A stretch of 64,000 bases of DNA, taken from NCBI GenBank assembly GCA_963619335.1, contig CAVEVP010000002.1:30003-94002 (forward strand), given 5' to 3'. Each line of letters starts with the position of its first letter. Positions within the stretch are counted from its first letter, which is position 1. The position numbers and the translations under genes are program-made. Below the pieces are notes generated by a model that did no database searches, was not told the DNA's origin, and worked only from the letters and a program-made list of their open reading frames with translations. The stretch comes from Clostridiales bacterium (GTDB taxonomy: Bacteria > Patescibacteriota > Saccharimonadia > Saccharimonadales > Saccharimonadaceae). Below are positions 1 to 11,980 of this stretch, piece after piece.

Positions 1-2
1 TC

Positions 3-3078
<3,076 letters not shown>

Positions 3079-3148
3079 TCCGGCGGGAGAGACTTCGTCA
3101 CTCCCTTCTCGTCACCAACTAAAAAAAAGACCGCAGGTCTTTTTCAGT

Positions 3149-3223
3149 TGGTGATCTCGGCGGGAGTCGAACCCGCGTTGACGGGATGAAAACCCGTTGT
3201 ACTAACCGTTATACTACGAGACC
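3149..3223 (-). tRNA. tRNA-Glu(TTC)
   Basis: Reverse complement GGTCTCGTAGTATAACGG...ACGGG-TTTTCAT-CCCGT...GGTTCGACTCCC...ACCA forms a cloverleaf. Confidence 0.93.
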
Positions 3224-3323
3224 GGTTATATATATTATAGCAAAAAAAATAGAAATTGCAAGGAAAAATGGGCGAGCAAGGGGGATTTGTAAAAAACAGG
3301 GAGGGTATGGTATGATAGTAGGT

Positions 3324-4754
3324 ATGAGCAAATTATTTAAAAGAACAAAAATTTTAGCAACGATTGGGCCGGCGACGAATTCGGCAGAAATGGTGGAGGC
3401 GGTGATTATGGCGGGGGTAAATGGCTGCCGACTGAACTGCTCACATGGTTCGAACGAAGAACGCGACCAGCAAATTAAGTGGATTCGGGCGGCGGCAGCG
3501 AAAAAAGGGCGGTCGGTGGCGATTTTGCAGGATTTGCAGGGACCGAAAATTCGGCTGGGGACTTTGAAAGACAATCATTTGGAACTAAAAAAAGGCGACG
3601 AACTTGTGCTGGAAGCCAAGGAATTTGAACATGATGGCGGAATGGTAGTGCCGGTGCAGTATAATTTGGCGGAAAAAGTGAAAGTCGGCGAGCCGTTGTC
3701 GATGTTTGATGGCAAAGTGAAGTCGGAAGTGATTGAAATTGTTTCGGAGACGGCGATTAAGGTAAAAATTTTGAACGACGGTTTTATTATGTCGAAAAAA
3801 GGGTTGAATTTGCCGGATACGGATTTCGGCGGGGATATTTTGACACCGAAAGATTTGGCGGACATTGAATATGGCGCGGGGTGTGATTATGATTATGTGT
3901 CGTTGTCGTTTGTACAGAGCGCGCGGGATATTGAAAAATTGAAACAATTATTGTTATCGCACGGCTCGACGGCGAAAGTGATTGCGAAAATTGAGACTAA
4001 AAAAGCGATTGAGACGGATAAGAATTTGGAAGAAATTGTCGAGGCGGCGGACGGGATTATGGTGGCGCGCGGAGATATGGCGGTCGAGGCGGGGGCGGAA
4101 GTGGTGCCGATTGTGCAACGGAAGTTGATCGCGATGACGCGGGCGCATGCGAAGCTATGCATCGTGGCGACACAGATGTTGTCGTCGATGGTGGAAAGTC
4201 CGGAGCCGACGCGGGCGGAAGTTTCGGATGTGGCGACGGCGGTGGTGCAGGGGGCGGACGTGGTGATGTTGTCGGACGAAACTGCGAACGGAAAATACCC
4301 GCTTGAGACAGTGCAGGAAATGAAAAAAGTGATTTTATACACACAAAATCACTCGCGACTAGCGCCGATTAAACAAAGGCCGGAAGGGGAATCGGTGATT
4401 TATGATGCGATTTCGAGCGCGGCGGCGAGAATGGCAGAGCAAATCGAGGCGGATGTGATTGTGTGCCAGACGGCGACGGGGGCGACGGCGACAGCGATTG
4501 CGGCGCAACGACCGAATTTGCCGATTGTGACGGTGACTTCGAACCAGCGGGTGGCAAATCAAATGGCGCTAGTGTATGCGAATTCAGCGTTTTGCCGGCC
4601 GTATGCGGAAGATTTTGGGTATAATTTGGCGAAAGAACTTAAAGATGCCGGATATTTGCACGCAAAAGAGGGCGAGAAGGATTTGCTTGCGGTGATTGCG
4701 TCGGGGGACAGGAACAAAGTTGGGACGGATACGATTAAGGTGAGGCAAGTTTAG
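3324..4754 (+). CDS. pyk: Pyruvate kinase
   Basis: RTKILATIGPA, DLQGPKIR, IAKIE, MVARGD, ATQML, MLSDETANG motifs. Confidence 0.97.
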   Translation: MSKLFKRTKILATIGPATNSAEMVEAVIMAGVNGCRLNCSHGSNEERDQQIKWIRAAAAKKGRSVAILQDLQGPKIRLGTLKDNHLELKKGDELVLEAKEFEHDGGMVVPVQYNLAEKVKVGEPLSMFDGKVKSEVIEIVSETAIKVKILNDGFIMSKKGLNLPDTDFGGDILTPKDLADIEYGAGCDYDYVSLSFVQSARDIEKLKQLLLSHGSTAKVIAKIETKKAIETDKNLEEIVEAADGIMVARGDMAVEAGAEVVPIVQRKLIAMTRAHAKLCIVATQMLSSMVESPEPTRAEVSDVATAVVQGADVVMLSDETANGKYPLETVQEMKKVILYTQNHSRLAPIKQRPEGESVIYDAISSAAARMAEQIEADVIVCQTATGATATAIAAQRPNLPIVTVTSNQRVANQMALVYANSAFCRPYAEDFGYNLAKELKDAGYLHAKEGEKDLLAVIASGDRNKVGTDTIKVRQV

Positions 4755-5830
4755 TTTTGAATGGCGGCGAGACCGGGGAGAGTTTTGCCGAGTAAGAATT
4801 CGAGAGCGGCGCCGCCGCCGGTGGAAACGAGGGAATAGCTGAGGTTTGGGTGTTCGCACATTAGGTTTTCGACAAAGCCGGTGGTATCGCCACCGCAAAT
4901 AATGGTCGTGGCGGCGGTTTTTTCGCCGATGAGTTCGGCGGCGAGGGTGCTGGAAGTGGCGTAGGCTGGGTCTTCGGCGTAGCCAAGTAGGCCATTCCAG
5001 ATGATAAGATCAGAGTCAATGATTAACCCGGCGAGCTGGCCGGCCGAGAGCGGACCGATATCGAGTTTACGACCGGCATTGTCTTCGTCGAAATCGTCGG
5101 CGACGAGGACGTTGGGCAGAGCGGATTGATAGCCGTCAGCGGCGATTTTGCCGCCCACAAAAACGCAGTCGAAATCCGGTGCAAGCTTTGTGATTAAGGG
5201 CTCTTTATCTTCGACTTTGGCGCCGCCAATGATAAGCAGTTTTTTGCCGGAGGTTTCGGCGTTTAACACGGCGCTTAAATTGGCGACTTCGTTTTCGACT
5301 AGGAAGCCGGCATAAACGGGCAAGAATTTTTTTACGGCGTCGGTCGAGGCGTGGGCGCGATGAACGACGGCAAAACCATCTTGGACGAAGGCTTCCGCGC
5401 CGGTTGCGTCGATAATCGATTTAATGAAGTCGGCGGAATTGGCTTTTTCGCTGGCGTCGAAGCGGAGATTTTCAAGTAGGGCGACTTTGATGCTGTCGGG
5501 AATGGGGATTTTTTTGCCGGCGACGGGCAGAGGGTAAAAACCGAGTTTGGTTTTGTCTTTAAATTCGGGTAATTCCTCGGCTAGAAGTTTTCGCAAATCG
5601 TCCGCTACGGGCGAGAGCGAAAAAGCAGGGTCGGGCGTGCCGTCGGGGCGACCGAGATGAGAGATTAAAATTAGACGCTTGGCGCCGTGGTCGAGCAGAT
5701 ATTTTAAAGTCGGCAGGCTGGCGCGAATGCGTAAGTCGTTTTCGATCGCCCCGTTTTTTAACGGGACGTTATAATCGACCCGAACTAAAATTATTTTGTT
5801 TTTGATGTCTAAATCGCGAATTGTTTTCAT
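4751..5830 (-). CDS. pgk: Phosphoglycerate kinase (compact)
   Basis: RVDYNVP, SHLGRP, LENLRF, HRAHAS, GGAKV, STGGGA motifs. Confidence 0.96.
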   Translation of the reverse strand: MKTIRDLDIKNKIILVRVDYNVPLKNGAIENDLRIRASLPTLKYLLDHGAKRLILISHLGRPDGTPDPAFSLSPVADDLRKLLAEELPEFKDKTKLGFYPLPVAGKKIPIPDSIKVALLENLRFDASEKANSADFIKSIIDATGAEAFVQDGFAVVHRAHASTDAVKKFLPVYAGFLVENEVANLSAVLNAETSGKKLLIIGGAKVEDKEPLITKLAPDFDCVFVGGKIAADGYQSALPNVLVADDFDEDNAGRKLDIGPLSAGQLAGLIIDSDLIIWNGLLGYAEDPAYATSSTLAAELIGEKTAATTIICGGDTTGFVENLMCEHPNLSYSLVSTGGGAALEFLLGKTLPGLAAIQN

Positions 5831-5882
5831 TTTTCTATTATAACATATTTACGGATTATGCGTCGTGTGATATAATTTTTTT

Positions 5883-7433
5883 ATGGCAAGAACGAAAACT
5901 TATCAAGAAGTGATTGGCGAAACGATCGAGCAAATGCGGATTGAGAAGGATTGGACGCAGGAAGATCTCGCGAATGCGGTGGGGACGTCGCAGTCGGCCA
6001 TTCACCGAATTGAAAAGGGGCGGCAAAACATTTCTCTGGAAATGATTAAAAAGTTGTCAGAGGCGTTGGGGAAGCAAATTCTCTCTATAAACGACTCGGT
6101 TTCGCAGAGTTATCGCATTCGGGGCGGGAAGGAATTAAAGGGCGAAATCACGGTGAATACGTCGAAAAATGCGGCGGTGGCTTTGCTCTCGGCGTCGCTT
6201 TTAAATAGCGGGCGGACGGTGCTTCGGCGGCTTGCGCGGATTGAGGAAGTGTTTCGGATTATTGAGGTTTTAGAGTCGATTGGGGTGAAATGTCGGTGGA
6301 CGAACCGGCGGCGGGACCTTGAAATTATATCACCGCGTGAATTAAAGCTGGACGAGATGGATATGGAAGCGGCGCGGCGAACGCGGTCGATTATTATGTT
6401 TTTAGGACCTTTACTTCACAAATATCAGAAATTTCAAATTCCCTATGCCGGCGGGTGCTCGCTTGGGACGCGGACGGTGGAGCCACATTTGAAGGCGCTG
6501 GAGAGTTTCGGGCTGAAAGTTGATGCGGTGAAAACGCCTGGGTTTTATGAGATCGAGGTCGACCAAGAAATTTTGCACAAAAAAGATAAGCGCTATATTG
6601 TGCTGACCGAGCGGGGCGATACGGTGACGGAAAATGTACTAATGGCGGCGGCCATGAGCATGGGCGAGACGACTATTGTAGGTGCGTCGCCGAATTATAT
6701 GGTGCAAGATTTGTGCTTTTTCTTGGAGCGGATGGGGGTGAAGATTGCGGGGATTGGGACGACGACGCTGAAAGTGTATGGGCGGCCGTATTTTGACATG
6801 GAGGTGGAATATAATATTTCGGAAGACCCGATTGAAACAATGAGCTTTATTGCGGCGGCGCTGGCGACGCATTCGGAGATTAAAATTCTGCGCGCGCCGA
6901 TTGAGTTTTTGGAAGTGGAACTCGAAGTTTTGAAAAATATGCACGCGAATTTTGAAAAGTCGCCGGAATATGCGTCGGCGAATGGGCGGACGAGGCTGGT
7001 GGACCTCACGATTAAAAAATCGGAGCTCACCGCGCCGGTGGATAAAATTCATCCAATGCCGTTTCCTGGGCTGAATATTGACAATTTGCCGTTTTTCTCG
7101 GTGGTTGCGGCAGTGGCGAAAGGGCGGACGTTAATTCACGATTGGGTGTTTGAAAATCGGGCGGTGTATACGACGGAGCTTGCGAATTTAAATGCGAAAG
7201 TGGAACTCCTCGACGCGCACCGCGTGTATATCGAGGGGCCGACGAATTGGCGGCCGGCGGAATTAGTCGCGCCACAGGCCCTACGGCCGGCAGTGGTGAT
7301 TTTGATTGGAATGCTGGCGGCGCCCGGGCAGTCTATCCTGCGCAATGTTTACCCGATTAACCGCGGATATCAGGATTTTGCGGCGAGGCTCCGACATCTC
7401 GGGGCGGATATTGCGCCGCTGACTGGGATTTAG
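5883..7433 (+). CDS. murA: UDP-N-acetylglucosamine 1-carboxyvinyltransferase with N-terminal XRE-type HTH
   Basis: TQEDLANAVGTSQSAIHRIEKG HTH followed by SKNAA, AGGCSLGTR, PFPG, FENR, RGY MurA motifs. Confidence 0.92.
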   Translation: MARTKTYQEVIGETIEQMRIEKDWTQEDLANAVGTSQSAIHRIEKGRQNISLEMIKKLSEALGKQILSINDSVSQSYRIRGGKELKGEITVNTSKNAAVALLSASLLNSGRTVLRRLARIEEVFRIIEVLESIGVKCRWTNRRRDLEIISPRELKLDEMDMEAARRTRSIIMFLGPLLHKYQKFQIPYAGGCSLGTRTVEPHLKALESFGLKVDAVKTPGFYEIEVDQEILHKKDKRYIVLTERGDTVTENVLMAAAMSMGETTIVGASPNYMVQDLCFFLERMGVKIAGIGTTTLKVYGRPYFDMEVEYNISEDPIETMSFIAAALATHSEIKILRAPIEFLEVELEVLKNMHANFEKSPEYASANGRTRLVDLTIKKSELTAPVDKIHPMPFPGLNIDNLPFFSVVAAVAKGRTLIHDWVFENRAVYTTELANLNAKVELLDAHRVYIEGPTNWRPAELVAPQALRPAVVILIGMLAAPGQSILRNVYPINRGYQDFAARLRHLGADIAPLTGI

Positions 7434-7508
7434 GATAAGAAAAGGTGGCTTTTGACGGGACGGGGACAACTTTTAACTTAAGCCTGAAAAATTTGTTATA
7501 ATATAGTA

Positions 7509-9533
7509 ATGGATAGAATTCTGGAGGGACTGAATCCGGCGCAAAAAGAGGCGGTTGAGACTTTGGAGGGGCCACTGCTGGTGCTTGCGGGGGCGGGTTC
7601 GGGCAAAACTAAAACGCTGACGCACCGAATTGCGAACTTAATTCAGCACGGTACGAGACCGGGGAATATTCTCGCGGTAACTTTTACAAACAAGGCGGCG
7701 CGGGAGATGCGGGAGCGGTTGTTTAAATTGCTGTACCCGGCGGAAACTGAGCCGGCGCCGCGGTCATTTATGCCGTTTATGGGGACTTTTCACGGAATTG
7801 CGGTGCGAATTTTGCGTCAGGAGGCGGACGTGATGGGATTGAATCGGAATTTTACGATTTATGATATGGACGACCAAATAACCTTAATTCGGCGGGCGAT
7901 TAAACGGCTGAATTTTAGTGATGACAAAAGTTTGAAGCCGAAATCGGTGCAATCGGCGATTTCGAGTGAAAAAAATCAGGGGCATACGCCAGAACAATAC
8001 GCGGAAACGGCGTATTATCCGCGCCAACAAAAAATCGCGCGGATTTTTGAGCAATATGAAAAGGAAAAGGGTGAGGCGGGGGCGTTGGATTTTGACGATT
8101 TACTACTTAAGGAGTTGGAATTAATACAAAAGTTTCCGGAAGTGCGGGAAAAGTGGCGGCGGAGGTTTGAACATATCTTGATCGATGAATATCAGGACAC
8201 AAATATGGTGCAATATCAAATTATCAAACTACTAGTGAATGAAAAACGGAATTTGTGCGTGGTGGGGGACGATTGGCAGTCGATTTATTCGTGGCGGGGG
8301 GCGGATTTTACGAATATTTTGAATTTTGCGCGGGATTTTCCTGGGGCGAAAGTGATAAAATTGGAACAAAATTATCGTTCGACGGGGAATATTCTGGAGG
8401 CGTCGCAAAAAGTGATCAATTGCAACAAAACGCGGACGGAAAAGACGCTGTTTACAGAGGCGGGGGCGGGGGAGCCGGTGGAAGTCGAGGGGCTACGGGA
8501 CGAAACGGAAGAGGCGCAGTTTGTGGCGAGAAAGATTTTGCAACTGAAAAGAGCGTCTCTAAGGTTTAGTGATTTTGCGGTACTGTATCGGACGAATGCG
8601 CAGTCGTATAATTTTGAAAAAGTGTTTATGAGTATGCAAATCCCGTATAAAATCGTCGGCGGGGTGCGATTTTACGACCGGAGAGAGGTAAAGGACGTGC
8701 TGGCGATTTTGAAAGTGATGCAAAATCAGCACGACACGGTGAGTCTCGCGCGGGTGGTGGGGAATGTATTGTCGGGAATTGGCGACACGACGCTGGCGAA
8801 GATATTGGATTTTATGGAGGCGATAAAAGACGAGCCGAAACCGCTACTAAATGCGGATCTACTCGGTGCGATTAAGACTGCAAAAGGGCGGGCGGCGTTT
8901 TCTAAACTAACGAATTTGATAAAAACGACGCCGACGGACGAAAATCCCGGCGAGACGGTGAAAAAGATTGTAGAATATTTTGATTTTAAGACTTTGACGG
9001 ATGATGGAACGCCGGCGGGCGAGGAACGGATGCGGAACTTGGAGGTGCTGGCGGGAAATGCGGCGGAATATGAGAGTTTGGAAGAGTTTTTAGCGGACGC
9101 GACGTTGATGTCGTCGGCGGACGAGAATGTGAAAGAAGATGCGGTGGTTTTGATGACGCTTCATGCGGCGAAGGGACTGGAGTTTCCGGTGGTGTTTTTA
9201 GTAGGGATGGAAGAGGGGCTGTTTCCGAACGACCGGTCGGCGGATGATGAAGGCGAGCTGGAGGAGGAGCGGCGGCTGGCATATGTGGGGATGACGCGGG
9301 CAATGCAACGATTATTTTTAACCTATGCGGGGCAGAGGTTTACGTTTGGAAATCGGAACTTTTCGGTGCCGTCGCGGTTTTTGACGGAGATAGGATATCA
9401 GCCACGGTGGGCGGGGGAAGACTACGCGGACCGGGACGGGGATGAGTTTTTGGACAGCGAATTTACGGATGATGAGCTTAGCGGCGACGGGGCAAACGAC
9501 CCGTTTCCGGAAGACCTGCCGGTGTTTGAATAA
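7509..9533 (+). CDS. pcrA: UvrD/PcrA superfamily 1 DNA helicase
   Basis: AGAGSGKT, TFTNKAA, DEYQD, GDDWQSIYSWRGA, QNYRST, HAAKGLEF, YVGMTRA. Confidence 0.95.
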   Translation: MDRILEGLNPAQKEAVETLEGPLLVLAGAGSGKTKTLTHRIANLIQHGTRPGNILAVTFTNKAAREMRERLFKLLYPAETEPAPRSFMPFMGTFHGIAVRILRQEADVMGLNRNFTIYDMDDQITLIRRAIKRLNFSDDKSLKPKSVQSAISSEKNQGHTPEQYAETAYYPRQQKIARIFEQYEKEKGEAGALDFDDLLLKELELIQKFPEVREKWRRRFEHILIDEYQDTNMVQYQIIKLLVNEKRNLCVVGDDWQSIYSWRGADFTNILNFARDFPGAKVIKLEQNYRSTGNILEASQKVINCNKTRTEKTLFTEAGAGEPVEVEGLRDETEEAQFVARKILQLKRASLRFSDFAVLYRTNAQSYNFEKVFMSMQIPYKIVGGVRFYDRREVKDVLAILKVMQNQHDTVSLARVVGNVLSGIGDTTLAKILDFMEAIKDEPKPLLNADLLGAIKTAKGRAAFSKLTNLIKTTPTDENPGETVKKIVEYFDFKTLTDDGTPAGEERMRNLEVLAGNAAEYESLEEFLADATLMSSADENVKEDAVVLMTLHAAKGLEFPVVFLVGMEEGLFPNDRSADDEGELEEERRLAYVGMTRAMQRLFLTYAGQRFTFGNRNFSVPSRFLTEIGYQPRWAGEDYADRDGDEFLDSEFTDDELSGDGANDPFPEDLPVFE

Positions 9534-9559
9534 TTATCGGTGGTGATTTTATTGGTGCT

Positions 9560-11437
9560 TTGGGCGATTTTTTAGGTTTACATGATTTTTGGGCTTTTGG
9601 TAAGCTCGGCGCTAATATTGCGGGGGTTGTGGCGCTAGTGCTTGTTGGCGGAGTGGTGCTTAGTGGAGCGATGCTCGGCGGGGAGGAGGTGTTTGCTACC
9701 GCCTCGTCGCTCACGGTTTCCATTTCCGGCAACCCGACGATTAACTTACCGCCGTCCGCGGAGGGGAAGTTTGCGGATTCGGGCGACGAAACAATTAGAG
9801 TCGTGACGACGCACGCGGCGGGGTATGTTTTGACGGTGAAGGCCAGCGACACGACCGGGCTAAAAAACTCTTCCGGCACGACCGGGTTTACGTCTATTTC
9901 CTCGGCGGTTCCGGCGGAGACTTTTGATACAAGCGCGTATAATGGCAAGTGGGGATACAAGCCGAGTAAATTAAACAGCACGGCGAACACAAATTATCTT
10001 CCCGCCCCGACAACCACGGGCAGCACGATAGATTCCGTATCTAACGCGACGAGCAATAATTATACGGTTTCCATTGGCGCACGGGCAGATATTAATACGG
10101 CGATTGATAATTATTCTAACATTTTTGTGTTTACTGTCACCGCTAACCCGACACCGTATAAAATTACCTATAACGCCAATACCACGGACACGGTGAGTAA
10201 CATGCCGAGTAATGTTAGCGCGAGTTCAGCGACGGAGGCGGTCACGATTAGCTCTAACTCCCCGACGCGGAGCGGTTGGTATTTTACAGGTTGGAATACT
10301 TCGGCGAGCGGAGATGGGGCGAGCTATGTTAAGGGGAGTAGTTTCGCATTGAATCAAACTACGGCGAGTAACATTTTAACACTATACGCTCAATGGAGCT
10401 GCACGCCGGGATATATCTGCTATAGAAGTAATGCTGGCACGGACACGGTGGAAGGTACTATGGCAGACCAGAGTGTAGGTACGAGTGCGACTTCGGCAAT
10501 GCTTCAAGGTTATAATTATAAGCGAAGTGGCTACGCTTTTCTTGGATGGAGTACGCAAGAGAATCCAACTATTAATACTGTTAATATTTATGGACCGATG
10601 CAAACAATAGCTTTTGATGCTTTGACTACGGAAGGATTAAACCTTTATGCCGTATGGCTTCCAAAGTCTACAGAATATACAATGCAGATTTTCTCGGATA
10701 GCGTTTGCTCGTCCAAGCTGACAGTGCCGGCGACTTATAATGCGACTACGGGTACGTTTGGAGTATCCGAAAAAACATTTATTGCTCTGGAGGATACCCG
10801 CGATAGCAATGTCTATGTCGTAGGAAAATTGACGGATGGTAAATGTTGGATGTTAGAAAACTTAAGATTGGGTAATTCGGTAACGATTTCTAGTGCAAAC
10901 ACACATAACCCAATTTCTAGTTTTACGAGCCTTTCGACAAGTTCGAATTCATGGTGTACCGAGGGCAGCACTAGTTGTTTTAATCAAAAAAAGTTAAATA
11001 CGAATAATATGAACATGAATGGATCCTATACTAGTAATTGGTATGGATATGGTAATTATTATAACTGGTATTCGGCGACGGCGGGGAATGGGACTTATAG
11101 TAAGTCTTCAGGCTCAGTGACGGGCGACCTTTGCCCAAAAAACTGGAAATTGCCCATAGGCGGGCAGGTGACGGAAAAAGGCTCGTTCTATGGTCTCGCT
11201 AATTTAACAGGCGCAACAAGTTCAAATGCGACGAGTTCGAATAAGATGCGTCAATTCCCTAATAATTTTGTTTATTCTGGATATTGGGAATCCGGTTCGG
11301 CAACAGGACGTGGCACGGGTGGACATTACTGGTCATCCACGACGTATATGTATATCAATTTTTATTTAATGCAACATCTATATACCCAGGTACTTATCAC
11401 AATTCTAAATATTACGGACTGTCCGTGCGTTGCGTAA
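9560..11437 (+). CDS. Ser/Thr-rich surface protein with InlB B-repeat-like modules and C-terminal FISUMP (Fib_succ_major)-like domain; C-terminus apparently frameshifted
   Basis: N-terminal hydrophobic stretch; 'GWYFTGWNT...LYAQW' and 'GYAFLGWST...LYAVW' repeats; 'DTRD...GKCWMLENL', 'YGNYYNWYSA', 'CPKNWKLP', 'YWSST'; start codon uncertain. Confidence 0.8.
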   Translation: MGDFLGLHDFWAFGKLGANIAGVVALVLVGGVVLSGAMLGGEEVFATASSLTVSISGNPTINLPPSAEGKFADSGDETIRVVTTHAAGYVLTVKASDTTGLKNSSGTTGFTSISSAVPAETFDTSAYNGKWGYKPSKLNSTANTNYLPAPTTTGSTIDSVSNATSNNYTVSIGARADINTAIDNYSNIFVFTVTANPTPYKITYNANTTDTVSNMPSNVSASSATEAVTISSNSPTRSGWYFTGWNTSASGDGASYVKGSSFALNQTTASNILTLYAQWSCTPGYICYRSNAGTDTVEGTMADQSVGTSATSAMLQGYNYKRSGYAFLGWSTQENPTINTVNIYGPMQTIAFDALTTEGLNLYAVWLPKSTEYTMQIFSDSVCSSKLTVPATYNATTGTFGVSEKTFIALEDTRDSNVYVVGKLTDGKCWMLENLRLGNSVTISSANTHNPISSFTSLSTSSNSWCTEGSTSCFNQKKLNTNNMNMNGSYTSNWYGYGNYYNWYSATAGNGTYSKSSGSVTGDLCPKNWKLPIGGQVTEKGSFYGLANLTGATSSNATSSNKMRQFPNNFVYSGYWESGSATGRGTGGHYWSSTTYMYINFYLMQHLYTQVLITILNITDCPCVA

Positions 11438-11652
11438 CTGGTTCTTAGTGTTCTTGTTATTTTTACATACTTTCTGGTCTATTTTTTGCTACGCAAAAAA
11501 ATAGACCAGCCTCACGGCTCGGAAAATAATAAATAAATTTATTATTTTCTCTCGCTCGTTCGCGTGGTCTTTTTTACTACGTAAAAAGACCATAGGGCGT
11601 CGCCTTGGTCTAAAAAAGAACGAGTTCTTTTTTAGACGCTCGTCTCCTACTA

Positions 11653-11728
11653 TGGTCAGGGTGATCGGACTTGAACCGACGGCCTCAGCGTCCCGAACGC
11701 TGCGCGCTACCAACTGCGCCACACCCTG
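11653..11728 (-). tRNA. tRNA-Pro(CGG)
   Basis: Cloverleaf with CAGCG-TTCGGGA-CGCTG anticodon arm and encoded CCA. Confidence 0.93.
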
Positions 11729-11749
11729 AAATGGTGGTTTTGTGATTTT

Positions 11750-11826
11750 TGGTCGGGGCTAGGAGATTTGAACTCCTGACCTCACGCACCCCATGCGTGC
11801 GCGCTACCGAGCTGCGCCAAGCCCCG
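11750..11826 (-). tRNA. tRNA-Pro(GGG)
   Basis: Cloverleaf with CACGC-ATGGGGT-GCGTG anticodon arm and encoded CCA. Confidence 0.93.
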
Positions 11827-11838
11827 AGAGGTGCGGAA

Positions 11839-11914
11839 TGGTCTGGGTGACTGGACTTGAACCAGCGGCCTCGACTTCCCAAAAGTCGCGCGCTACCAAC
11901 TGCGCCACACCCAG
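11839..11914 (-). tRNA. tRNA-Pro(TGG)
   Basis: Cloverleaf with CGACT-TTTGGGA-AGTCG anticodon arm and encoded CCA. Confidence 0.93.
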
Positions 11915-11980
11915 GCGTAATATAATTATAGCACATTTTAAGGAAAATATGGTAAAATAGAGATATTAAGGAGAGGAAAA

